Assembly: GCA_000002445.1 (NCBI GenBank)
Contig: CP000068.1
Span: 864,001 to 928,000, forward strand
Reading direction: 5' to 3'
DNA length: 64,000 nucleotides
Origin: Trypanosoma brucei
Taxonomy: Eukaryota
A model generated the notes under the pieces. It was not told where the DNA came from, did not search any database, and saw only the letters and a program-made list of their open reading frames with translations. The position numbers were made by a program, and so were the translations under genes. This document shows positions 31,735-42,487 of this stretch, piece by piece. The stretch's first letter is position 1, and every line of letters starts with the position of its first letter.

Positions 31735-32151
31735 TCAACCACGCCACTTCTTACTGTTAGTGAATATATTTTTCCGCTCGCGGCGACCACTTCTCAATGC
31801 CTTCCGCGCCACCTCGTTCAACATTAGAAAATGCCGTGCTGTCGACATTGTCTGCCCCGCGGAAGCGGCGGGTCCCTTGCCAGCGCGATTTACCAAGTCA
31901 AAAGCCGTCTGCTCGCATTGGCGTCGTAACTTTGATCGATGCCCCTGCAGCTCCCCGTGAACTTCATTTATGTTTTGTCGCATTGATGACATTGCCTTTT
32001 GTTCCATAAATCGAGTGCGACTTTGTGCTAACGCCTGTTTGGAGAAGCGCGCCCGGTGTTTCGGACGTGGCTGCCAGTCACCCACACCTCGGCTGATATA
32101 ATACCAAGCGCATAACCGCGGTGGCGCTTGCGCAACGAACCGCCGAAGCAT
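31735..32151 (-). CDS. Hypothetical small basic protein (138 aa)
   Basis: ORF on the PTU strand. The tool start at 32160 is a GTG; the first ATG is at 32151 (MLRRFVAQAPPRL..., presequence-like). No domain was recognised. Confidence 0.4.
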   Translation of the reverse strand: MLRRFVAQAPPRLCAWYYISRGVGDWQPRPKHRARFSKQALAQSRTRFMEQKAMSSMRQNINEVHGELQGHRSKLRRQCEQTAFDLVNRAGKGPAASAGQTMSTARHFLMLNEVARKALRSGRRERKNIFTNSKKWRG

Positions 32152-33051
32152 ACCATACACTGCGCCCTAACCCTCCCCTTTTCCTGTAGTTTGTCCTCAC
32201 CCACTATAGCGCAGAAGCACGGTATGAATTGGCTAGGAGGAAAAACAACAAAAGAACCATATACGCTAAAACAATAATAACAAATGGGGGAAAAGAAACA
32301 AGTTTAAAACTGGGCAAATTGAATTGAAGACAACAAAAGGGAAACATCACCTCGCGCAACGACCCTTGAGGGTGAGGAGTTGATTTGCTGCCCAATTTCA
32401 TCTTTTCCACCCCTCAGGTATAAAAGAAGAAAAAACAGAAAGAGCTCCTGGTCGGAAAGTTGTTTGTCTCCTCTCTAGGCAAATGCTGCCATAAAACTTC
32501 GTACATGTGAGAGTTAACAAATGAATCGAAATGAACAGTGCGCCAAACTTCCGTGCGAACGGGGGAAAAGTTGGTGACAGAATAATAAGGTGACACCCCG
32601 AATGTAGGCCACATACACTCACGCAGAGAGTCGCAGCGAATGCTCTAAACCAACAAAGGAATTAGAAGATGAGAATGAGTGAAAGTACACACGGAAAACC
32701 ACAACTAACATATACGTCCTTCGTTTGACAACAGCAGCCGTCGAAATACATTCCACATTACTCTCCCCCATATGAACCAAGTAAAATTGTCTCACCCTAT
32801 TCCTCTTGAGCACTTACACTTGATCCTCCGCTTCCGTATGCGAAGCAGCAGCGCTGCACTTTCTTAGTGACCTACAACCCCACTCTCCACCCTTCATCTA
32901 ACTTTCTAGTTGAATACCCTCTTTATACACTCTTTCCCTTTTCTTTTCCTTTAATATTCCTTTTCGAACTCACTATCAATACGTTTCTCGTTATATACAT
33001 AACAACTACGTTCCGCACACTTCTATAACTGATACGTGTGTGCAACGGATT

Positions 33052-34608
33052 TTAGTTGCCTTCGTCCCCATCAGATCCTTCGCCATCACCGCCGCTGCCC
33101 TCCTCTTGCCCTTCCTCTTCAAGACGTGCGGCGGCGATCCCTTCCCACTTGGCTCGCTCTACACTGTCAGCTTCAATCCACAACTTCGCGAGGGCTTCAT
33201 CTGTATCAACACCAATCTGTAGAAGGAGGCGACGAACTGCGGCCTCATCGACCTCGTCGTCTTCGTCACGCAGCGCCTCTTCATCATTCGGATCGTTCAC
33301 ATCCTCCTCAGGCAACTCCACAGTCGCCGGGACCTCACGTCCGGCTTGTGTGAGAAGCTGCAGCCATTTGTCCCGTGCGTCACGGTACGCACTCGCTGTC
33401 CGAAGTAGCCGTAGCAGGGCGTACAATATAACACTGTGCTTTTTAGCAGTCTCCTCCACTCGGCTGGTGATGTTCGCAGCGCGATCAGCGGCTGCAGCAG
33501 CTGCTTCTAGGGCCTCGTGTTCCTCATCCGCCCCTGAACCTTCGGCATCAATGTGATCTGCAGGGTTGACACCACAAATGTACTCTCCGTCGTGCAACAA
33601 TACACGAAGCACGCGGCCTACACGGCGCGCCTGACGAGGCTTGGGTTGAGGGATTGGGACATCTCCATCTTGCATATCATCCCCCGAGTTCATATCGTTG
33701 GCGTTTTGGAGATTGTCCTCAAGGCGTAATGGACGGCTCCGCTGATACGATCCAACTGGATTAAAGGCACGGAGCAGCTGCATTAATTTAAAGGGTTTCA
33801 ACAGGGCGGCTACATCAGCCGGTGTGCTAACCTGCTTGGGGGTGCTGTCAAAGAGGAAATAGCACCAACAACGCAATACACGGAACAAAATCATGGGGGC
33901 GGAAATTTTTTCGTGTTGCCGTAGGGTTACCTGGCGCACAAGCTTCTCCATTGCATCGGAACTGGGGAGTGTACCTTTAGTTGCAGCAGCTATAGCCTCC
34001 GCTTCGTCCTTCTTCTGCGCTTCCTCTGTCGCAACCTCTAGCGCGTCGTGCATTTTGTCTTGTTCCATGCGTACCTCCTCCCGGCGGTCCACAAGCTCTT
34101 TCTTCAACATGCCAAGCAGCGCCTTTCGTATGTAAAGCATGAAGCGGTGTGCCTTGTAAAACTCCACACGAGCATCCTCCACTGCAGCAGCTGCATCATC
34201 GACATCGGCTGCGTCCGGCAGGGCGTCTCCACTATGATCCTTTTCACCAGCCACGTCTCCTAGTAAATCATCTGCTTCCGCTTCCGCTTCCTCATACTTG
34301 TTCCACAGTTCCTCTTCCTCTGCACGGCGTGCTCGCAATACCGCCTGGCACTGACGGAAAAATCGCTGAATGGTGTCAGCTGCTCGTTTCTCCCGCAGTG
34401 CACGTCGTCCCGCCCATGCCTGCCTCAGGGCTTCCACTTTCGCCTGTCGAGTGGCAGCAATGGCAGCGTTCTGCTCCTCCTGCAATACATGCAGCAAATA
34501 CAAAGCAATGTACTCCTGTGGGTTGCTGGGTTGAGCAAGAACTGTTTCAGCGACGGCTTTCGCAAGCACAGGACCAACACTGCATTTGAGGTATGCACTC
34601 TCAGTCAT
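33052..34608 (-). CDS. RIIa (Dpy-30-like) dimerisation/docking domain plus IQ-motif protein with an acidic C-terminal tail (probable flagellar/axonemal protein)
   Basis: N-terminal RIIa-like block YLKCSVGPVLAKAVAETVLAQPSNPQEYIALYLLHVL. IQ motif AADTIQRFFRQCQAVLRARRA. The C-terminus is D/E-rich (EEEGQEEGSGGDGEGSDGDEGN). The tool start at 34683 is a TTG; the first ATG is at 34608, downstream of a T-rich tract on the coding strand. Confidence 0.7.
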   Translation of the reverse strand: MTESAYLKCSVGPVLAKAVAETVLAQPSNPQEYIALYLLHVLQEEQNAAIAATRQAKVEALRQAWAGRRALREKRAADTIQRFFRQCQAVLRARRAEEEELWNKYEEAEAEADDLLGDVAGEKDHSGDALPDAADVDDAAAAVEDARVEFYKAHRFMLYIRKALLGMLKKELVDRREEVRMEQDKMHDALEVATEEAQKKDEAEAIAAATKGTLPSSDAMEKLVRQVTLRQHEKISAPMILFRVLRCWCYFLFDSTPKQVSTPADVAALLKPFKLMQLLRAFNPVGSYQRSRPLRLEDNLQNANDMNSGDDMQDGDVPIPQPKPRQARRVGRVLRVLLHDGEYICGVNPADHIDAEGSGADEEHEALEAAAAAADRAANITSRVEETAKKHSVILYALLRLLRTASAYRDARDKWLQLLTQAGREVPATVELPEEDVNDPNDEEALRDEDDEVDEAAVRRLLLQIGVDTDEALAKLWIEADSVERAKWEGIAAARLEEEGQEEGSGGDGEGSDGDEGN

Positions 34609-35448
34609 TAGTTTCTTGTTTCTACTCGATTCAGAAATACAAAAAAAAAGAGTGGAAAGAAAAGAAACAAAAGCTATAGTCAATAATACAAGGAAGAAAT
34701 GAGTGCCCGGGCATCTCCTCTGTGCGCATATGCATTTATACGTTTTGTTACCATATAATCATGCCACTGGTTGAAGATACTGGAGTGCTCCTGTTAGTTA
34801 TTTTTTTTCCCCTGCTTGTCCTTGTTCTTCCTCCACGGCAGCGAGTTAAGGTGTAGTGGGTTGACCACCACACTACTGACCTTTCAAACGTATCCCTTCC
34901 TCCTCATTACCAGAGGAACCCCATTTCTCCACTCACTCTGCGGAAAGTAGAACAAAAAAAACAAAATAAACAAAGTAGAGGCGAGCCTCGTGACTAAGGG
35001 AAAGAAAGCACCAGAGTGCACCCACACCGCATGAGAAGCCGTCACAAAAACTTCAACAGCGGCAGAGCAAAGAGAAGTTAAGTACGGACGGAGAACGGGA
35101 CCTGTTAAGCACTACAGCAAATAAAAAAAACAACTAAAAGGGACAAGAGAGGAATGGGGGACCCCCCCCTCCCCTGAGAAAGGCGACTGATGGGCATGTC
35201 CTCTACTTCACGGGAATTAAAGAAGAGAACCCACACTCTATACGGCCCAGTTGTATAGTCGTATATAGATTTTTAAAAGAAAATACAGTGCATAACCACA
35301 AGAGCACCCCAAATATAGGGAAGCCTCCCCCCCCACCGTTATTCTCTATAATAAAAAAACTGCTTTTCCCCCCTATTTCCTCTATCACAATTAAAAAGAA
35401 AAATTTAAGCGAACAGGCATATACCCAATACGTATACATAGATAAAAA

Positions 35449-35473
35449 ATATATATATATATGTGTGTGTGTG
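35449..35473. repeat. Compound microsatellite (AT)7(GT)5-6
   Basis: atatatatatatat followed by gtgtgtgtgtgtg. Confidence 0.85.
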
Positions 35474-35565
35474 GCTTTACTTATCTTTCTTTTACGCGTG
35501 CGGGCCAGTTCGGCCAACAACCTCGCCACATCCAAGAGCCCGTCACCATTTGATTATAACTCTGA

Positions 35566-36864
35566 TTACTTGCGTATCTGGCACTCAGCTTCCGTTTCCC
35601 CCTTTACGCCATCTCGAGAATTACTCGGGTGGACAAATAATAGGGGTATCATACCAAGTAACAATCCAACAAGCATACCTGCGGTGTTGCCTACACGAGT
35701 GGCACTACCGCGGGCCTTTGACTTCTGTTGAGCGGCGGTTAGAACCGGCACCCGCGCTAATCGAACCCTTTGCGTGAAGCGCTCGGCTACACCGTGCATT
35801 TGTACCCCCGCCACACCTGAAACAACACCACCAAGAGCCGCAGCCGTCATGGAAGTTAGCCCAAAAGCCTCCGCGCAGCGCCTATCAATAGCATCGCCAG
35901 CAGTCACGAAAATGGAGTTGTCGAGAATGCCGAAAGCCATAAACGGGACAGAGGCCGAGTATGCAATGCGTAGCCACAAGTTCCATGCGATATGGTCATT
36001 GGTGATAGTGGATTGTGAAGCTTTCGATGCCTCACTACTTCTCGATTGCTGTTGCTTTTTTACTCCGCTCTGTCGCGCCTCATTACGAGCGTCTGCACAC
36101 TCTCTCAACGCAAACTCCACCCAGGCATTATATTCTTCCGCCGAAACACAGTCCTCTTTTTCTGTATCCACTTTGCGCAACTGTTTCTCGACTTCCTCGA
36201 AACCGAAATACTCTTGCGCCGTTCCAAATAGGAGGAGCATCCGCAACGTGTCGTCCTCGAGCCCAGAAAGAAGTCGAGGCCCAAAGCTCGGATCCTTTTC
36301 AAGCACACACACGAGGGCCGACAGCAACTCCTCCCGCTGCTTCTGTGAAACCTCTCTATTTTCCGCTGTTATTTCAAGAGGTGGTGGCTGCACGGTGCTT
36401 CCCTCACCTCCCCCCTCCCTCGAGCACCAACTACTCAATAAATTGTGAAGTTGCTCAACGGCATCCGCCACCCTCGACTCCTCCTCAACCCGCTGATAAC
36501 CGCTATTGTTACCGGCATCGTTACTATCACACCGCTCCGGAACGCCACTTTGAGGAACTAAAAGCGGAGGACTAACCGCTGGTCGGCTGCTGTCGACGGA
36601 TCCGGGTGCATTGCCCACAATTACGCCAGGGTCCTTATACGCTACCGTAGTGGAAACAAGGGTAGCAGCACTATTGCTGGTGTTAAGAGCACCGACGCAC
36701 TTTGAAGGTGGTGGCGGGACCTTCTCACTTGCCAACTTTTGTCGCACTGCGGCGGAAAGGTGAGCGCATGGCATCTTGGCTGCAGTGAGAACCGGTGTCG
36801 AGGGTGGCCTCAGCGAGTTGCCCAGCAAGTGTGCTCCAAACATTCGACGTCGAAACTCCTTCAT
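35566..36864 (-). CDS. TMEM65-like (DUF2453) membrane protein with a roughly 280-aa N-terminal extension
   Basis: The C-terminal 150 aa match the TMEM65 pattern as recalled: ...FGILDNSIFVTAGDAIDRR...GLTSMTAAALGGVVSGVAGV...AGMLVGLLLGMIPLLF (compare the human segment GFLDNAIMIVAG...ISTMAAAALGN). The N-terminal region is low-complexity and Ser/Pro-rich. The ATG at 36864 was verified. Confidence 0.6.
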   Translation of the reverse strand: MKEFRRRMFGAHLLGNSLRPPSTPVLTAAKMPCAHLSAAVRQKLASEKVPPPPSKCVGALNTSNSAATLVSTTVAYKDPGVIVGNAPGSVDSSRPAVSPPLLVPQSGVPERCDSNDAGNNSGYQRVEEESRVADAVEQLHNLLSSWCSREGGGEGSTVQPPPLEITAENREVSQKQREELLSALVCVLEKDPSFGPRLLSGLEDDTLRMLLLFGTAQEYFGFEEVEKQLRKVDTEKEDCVSAEEYNAWVEFALRECADARNEARQSGVKKQQQSRSSEASKASQSTITNDHIAWNLWLRIAYSASVPFMAFGILDNSIFVTAGDAIDRRCAEAFGLTSMTAAALGGVVSGVAGVQMHGVAERFTQRVRLARVPVLTAAQQKSKARGSATRVGNTAGMLVGLLLGMIPLLFVHPSNSRDGVKGETEAECQIRK

Positions 36865-38806
36865 TTTCCCTCAGACAGTCATGCGCTACACACCGGGAGG
36901 TTGAAGGAAAAGAGAACACGGCCGACAAGTTCCGTGTATATCTCCAAGACCTTTTAATCACTCGTCTGGGCTTCCTGAGTGTGAAAAAGAGGAACCAACA
37001 AGAACCAGGGAGCACAAGTTGTTGGATATGAAAATGTGTTTCATTGTTTTGATATGCTGTCAACAATTTTTTTTTTTGACTGCAGCCTCGTACGAGGATA
37101 ACGTCAAGGAAAGAAATCAGGCTACTTCTTGATGCCCTCACCTCCCTGCTGAAGCGCGTTAATACCGATCCGCCCCTTCACGTTCCCACTCATGTAATAC
37201 TGTTAGTGGATAATACGGAGAGTAAGGTAGGGGAGGAGGGTCAGTGAAAAGTTACGTATGAAAATACGGATGTCCTCCGCCTCTATTGCCACCACCATGC
37301 TGTAATAATAACAAAAACAGAAACACAAAATCTAAACAATTAAATACAGTCGTGTGCATATCTGAGCTACCAACGATTTTTTACCTATTCACACACACGT
37401 TGAAAATCATTCTGTTCTCACACATCTCCTTTCAGGCGCCACTGGTTAAACGTAATGTAGGCACTCCGGACATGTGCCAGCGGATCAAAAAGAGGGAAAC
37501 TGAAACAAAACACACACAAAAATAAAATAAATAAATTGCCTGCACCTCCGGAAAAATGGTGCGAAAACTGCCCGGCACATCCTCTAGAGGCTATAAAAGG
37601 CGTGATTGGTTCAGCACATAGTTTTATAATTACGTGTTTACACGCATTCGTACATATGCGACGATATTGACAGACGAGGTACGTCCCTCTACTTTCCCTC
37701 ACCTCATACGTCGTAACGAACAGTAAAAACAAAAAAAAAGGCTGCAGCGGCAGCCAAACACCCTGAGTTACGAGGGAATAAAAAATAAGGACAAAATAAT
37801 AGATAATAATATGGTATGAGGGAAATGTAATGGGGAGTTGTGCGCGGGCTACAATTACGCATTTCTGCCATTGGGTGACGAAAATAAGCAAGTTAAAGGA
37901 GAGGAACTAAGGGCACCAATAAGTGAAAGAACGATGTTAGACGGTTGCCCACTACAGAGTAAGAAAGGGGAAATCAAAAGAAAATACAAAATTGTGCAAG
38001 CAGTAACTGCGGGCACTACGGGGCTGCTCAATACACACAAAAATTTAAAAAATAAAAATAAATGGAAATATACACAAAGAAAAAAAAATAGAAAAAAGTC
38101 TTTAAAAAGAAAGTAAACTACACATTTTTATATTTGTAGAATCACTGTTGGAAATCTTCTTCCAATTTATCTCCCTCCCTCTCCCCCGCGCACCAAAATT
38201 CACTTTTTCACCAGTAGTGAAACAAAGGCACTGAGCGGAGCAAAAAAGAAAAGCTCTAGTGAATCGGAAGGCCAGCAAACAATGGGGCATAATGAATACA
38301 TATATGCACAAAAAAAATACTAGTACACGCAACGTAACATAATAATATTAATAACATACAGCACACTCCTACTGGAGTTAGAACTCGGTGCAAAAAGCAA
38401 TAACAATGGCAGTAATGCGCGGCTAGAGATAGCGTCCGCTGAGCAAACAATGCATGTAAGGTTGTTGTTGTTTTTTAATCCCAACTCTTGTCAATTACTT
38501 CCGCAGATTCGTGCGTTTGCAGTATGAACGCTCAATAGTAAGTAGCAAAAAAGAAAAAAACGAGCAATATTAGCAACACGTCCTTTATCGATGTTCCCTC
38601 CAGCGATGCAGAAGAGAAGCGCCCACTGCCATGTGAAGTGTCCGGCAATTTTTCTTTTTTCAGCAGCATCCCCGTCAATCACATAAGTAACACACATCTC
38701 ACAGGGGACCCGTAATGCGCCTTCTGTGCCTCAGAATGGTTACGGAAGAATCCGCATTGGTGCAAGTAGTGTCGGTTAGTACCTGATTAACAGTGTTCCG
38801 GATGCC

Positions 38807-40249
38807 TTAAACCCCCCAAACGTGTTCCCCTTTGGAACCTTCCAGATGTTGAGGAGCCAAAATGTCGTTGCCCTCCATAGCACCTTCACTGACACGTGGG
38901 AGACCGACAACTGGAGCAACCAGTTGCTTGTTTTCTTTTGGTGCCCATTCCACACGCCTCTCAGAGCTAGAAAGGGAATAGGAAGAATAAGTAGTTAACG
39001 TATCCCACGTTGCCTTTACTGACCGAGTGACGAAAACCTTGTGAGCGTTCACAAGAAGGTTAAGTATCTTCGCGCGCTCATCGACTTCGTAACGCCGAAG
39101 CCGGCTTCGTTGCACTTCTTCTTTCCGTCCGAGCACAAGCACCGGTATCACCCAGAAGGAGGCCGTAACGTCCGCCGCATTTGATTCCCCGGTGACATCC
39201 AGTGACGGCACAGCAGCAAGAGTAATGTTCACCTCCTCTGACAGCGTGCCATTTAATGATCCCTCTTCCCCCTCTTCTTCTTCCTCCTCCTCCTCCTCCT
39301 CCACACAACCTTTTCCCACTTCGGAGTCGATACCTGTGGGTGCCGCACCCGCCATATCAAACTGAGGTGTCCCTCCACCCCGCCGCAACGGGGGTAGAAT
39401 CAACTTGCGGACAACAGGGGGCTTAGGGACCGTAAAATCTCCCCCACCACGTGCGCCTAGAAACACACACCCACTGCGGCCAGATGGCTGCAAGCGAAGC
39501 GAAATTCTGAGCGGCGGCATCATCTGCATCTGGGGTTGGGAAGCGATCTGATCCTCGTTCGTGGTGACCGCGGTGACACGATCTGAATCGGGCACAAGAG
39601 CCTGCTGAGGTCCACGATCTCCGGTTGCTGTGTGAAATAAGTTATCCCAGGAACAGCGGCGCTTCATCGTCACTTTGGTTTTATTGCTGCGGATACATTG
39701 GGGCAGCACACCTGACTCCTTCACGTCGCCCTCTACCGGTGGTGGTAGCACTAGCTTCGCGTTGCCATTCGACTCGGAGCGCGAGTTCCTGGATTCATTG
39801 ATGGGCACGGCGGGCAGCGTATGCACAGTTGACTCCAGGTCCGTTGAGGGGTAGCGTTCGAAGGTCGTACCCGCAACAAATTGTGGTGTTGACTTTACGA
39901 GGCGGGGACGACCAGTTTCCGCAGACTGCTTCGGCACGTACTTGCCATACTTAGGGTTATCAAAGTTACAAGGCAAGTCCCTGAAAGACTGAGATACTAA
40001 GCTCTCCGATGCGGTGTGTTCAACGTCCTCCCATTCATCACCAAAAGTGTCAACTTCCCGCAACTGGCTGCTTCTCAGCGAGTCCTCCGCCGGTGGCCAT
40101 GCTTCGCGATACGAGGAAGTGTTTCGGCTCTCCGACGCCGCCAGACGCATCCTGAGAAATACAATTTTGTTGTCCGGCGAACGTTCGTCCTCGCTGGACT
40201 CGTTGTTCGCCTTTGAGGCAGAACATTTATTGCACCCCTTGTGCGGCAT
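38807..40249 (-). CDS. Hypothetical protein (480 aa), low-complexity Ser/Pro-rich with a poly-Glu run
   Basis: Long clean ORF on the PTU strand with a verified ATG at 40249. Contains an E10GEEG acidic run encoded by (CTC/CTT)n at about 39262-39302. No catalytic motif was recognised. Confidence 0.6.
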   Translation of the reverse strand: MPHKGCNKCSASKANNESSEDERSPDNKIVFLRMRLAASESRNTSSYREAWPPAEDSLRSSQLREVDTFGDEWEDVEHTASESLVSQSFRDLPCNFDNPKYGKYVPKQSAETGRPRLVKSTPQFVAGTTFERYPSTDLESTVHTLPAVPINESRNSRSESNGNAKLVLPPPVEGDVKESGVLPQCIRSNKTKVTMKRRCSWDNLFHTATGDRGPQQALVPDSDRVTAVTTNEDQIASQPQMQMMPPLRISLRLQPSGRSGCVFLGARGGGDFTVPKPPVVRKLILPPLRRGGGTPQFDMAGAAPTGIDSEVGKGCVEEEEEEEEEEGEEGSLNGTLSEEVNITLAAVPSLDVTGESNAADVTASFWVIPVLVLGRKEEVQRSRLRRYEVDERAKILNLLVNAHKVFVTRSVKATWDTLTTYSSYSLSSSERRVEWAPKENKQLVAPVVGLPRVSEGAMEGNDILAPQHLEGSKGEHVWGV

Positions 40250-41100
40250 TGGCCACGTAATTCTAAAAGAGAATTAATGAATGTAATTTTTTGTGATATT
40301 GAATGTCACACTGTGAGCTGACCCGGCAGAACAAGACGACAAACGCGGTAACTCACTGGAATTTTTACCTCCTTAGGCTGTGTCGTCACAAGTTTCACCT
40401 TATTTGAATAATTTCCACCTCAGCTATCAAAGTCTCACCACCACTTTGCAGTTCCTTTTTCCTATTCCTCAACAGTTTTCCCACCTCTTATGGAGGTACA
40501 ATGCCCTCTTCGCGACAAAAAAATATGGTGGAAAACTACAACACAAAGAGTGGGAAAGAATAGAAAAAACAAAAGCGGAGACACCCACAATCTTTTGTCC
40601 GCTTGCACCGCAACACCGTGCCTGAAAGAAAACGGGAAGAAAAACAAAGCAAAAAAATTGAGCATGTTAGAGGCAGCCAATGCCACAGCAGGTGGTATTG
40701 TCTCAACCAAGTACAAGGAAGGTAACCTAATAAACGTAAAGTAATATTACAAGAAGTAAACTCGAGAGACATGGAATTACGCGACCGTCTACACGCCAAA
40801 GCACGCACAAATGGTGCGCGTTACCTTGCGGCGTCGCCACTGACATTCCATGCACCACGTGTCACGGATTCACTGAGGTACAGAACAGGTCATGCTCGAC
40901 ACTTCCAAGACCCCTACGCTATCAACAGGGTCGTACCCACTCTTACAAAGTCTCAATGCCGTGCAAAACGACTCGGTGCTAGTGGCATTCTTGACCGTCA
41001 TAATCATCCGCAAGATACACTAGTGTACTCATGCGAAATCGCCACGTGACATGTTGAATGTTTCAGTTCCCACTTCGCGTCGGTAAACGAACGCGCTACC

Positions 41101-41667
41101 TCAGAAAAGGTTTAAATCTTTCCACTCTTTTCGCTGTCGTTCAAGCTCTGCAGCCAGCTCCGCTTTTTCTTTCGCCTCGCGCTCCAAACGCTGCTTCTTC
41201 CGCGCCGCCTCCTCGGCGAGCCGGGTGGCCTCTAACTGCTGCTCCACGACTTGTTCGCGTCGGCGCCTCCTCTGCCGCTCCGCCGGACTCAAGTTGGGGT
41301 CCTCAGAGGAACCCAGTCCAGCTGTGCCACCACTTACTTCCTCGCGAGCCTTACGCCGAACTTCTTCCTCCTTCAGTGCTGCTTCCCTTTCCTTCTTCCT
41401 CTGGTGCGCGACCTTCAGGCGAATAAGAACACCTTCATTACTTAACATCTTGTGTGCACTCTCAGCTATGTGAAATGCATCAGCGGCCTTCTCAACTGTG
41501 CACTTATCTGGGTGCACTTTGAGCACAATACGGCGGAAACTGCGATTAACGTCCGCGACTTCACACGTCTGCGGATCCAACTGCAGCACAGCAAATGGGT
41601 CCGCTCCCCCAGAGCTGAAGCGCAGTAACCGTCGTATTTCTTCCACTTGGTCCTCCTTTGACCCCAT
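41101..41667 (-). CDS. DnaJ (J-domain) protein with a charged coiled-coil C-terminus
   Basis: J domain DPFAVLQLDPQTCEVADVNRSFRRIVLKVHPDKC with the HPD tripeptide. The remainder is an E/K/R-rich helix. The ATG at 41667 was verified. Confidence 0.8.
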   Translation of the reverse strand: MGSKEDQVEEIRRLLRFSSGGADPFAVLQLDPQTCEVADVNRSFRRIVLKVHPDKCTVEKAADAFHIAESAHKMLSNEGVLIRLKVAHQRKKEREAALKEEEVRRKAREEVSGGTAGLGSSEDPNLSPAERQRRRRREQVVEQQLEATRLAEEAARKKQRLEREAKEKAELAAELERQRKEWKDLNLF

Positions 41668-42487
41668 TACGCCCTCGTAGCTATGTGATACGGGAGCGAA
41701 TAAGCGACCAGAGCCACTAACAGAAGAAACAAGGGGGGAAAAAAAGACGCAGCTGGACAGTAGTGATATGGCACGTAAACTAATTTAACAAGGGCGGGAA
41801 ACACCAATTCAGATGAAGGAAATGAATCAAAAGGGGTGTCTTTATCATATAGCGCGTGATAACTGGAAAAACAGAAATGTGGCACATCAACGACGTGCTT
41901 GTTCCTGCAGGCTTGCTCAAATCAAACAGAAGATTACAACTGTGCTGATGTGTTAAGAACGCAGACAAATGCCCGCGCCCAACCTAAATGTGAGGTACAC
42001 TGCCACATGCTTTCCATGCGAGCAGGAGCCACAACAAATCTTAAATGTGGAGCAAAATAAGTTAATACGTCCGTAGTCGACCTGACTACTGTTGGAAGAG
42101 TATATATTTTCCTCGTTGTCACTGGACGAACAGCATCAAACGCAAATAAAAATAAAAACAAAAGAAGATGTTAAAAAAGGAAACGGCATGGGTGGAGGTA
42201 TATCATACTAGCAAATTTGATATACAGAATTGAGTTGTAAGCAGTTGAACTAACGAGGGGAAGTCTGGCACAATGTTAACAAGTAAACCTGAGGTACCTG
42301 GCCCGACATTCAACACCCGTGAAATTTTCCTGAAAAATAAACAAAAAAATGAATCCACTAACTGAACAATCAACATCTGGAGATGCCGCAAGGTCACCAA
42401 CACTGCCACCACCTGAAACCATGCTTCCATGTATCTCTCCAATTACAATGTCATCTACCGCGTGCCAAGCGGCGCCATCACGCGAAA

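Noticed and set aside
33056-33556. 166-aa + strand Ser-rich ORF antisense to the RIIa/IQ gene, and similar antisense ORFs 35774..36448 and 36015..36575 opposite the TMEM65-like gene
   Set aside because: They mirror acidic or Ala-rich low-complexity coding sequence on the other strand. Wrong strand for the PTU and no motifs.
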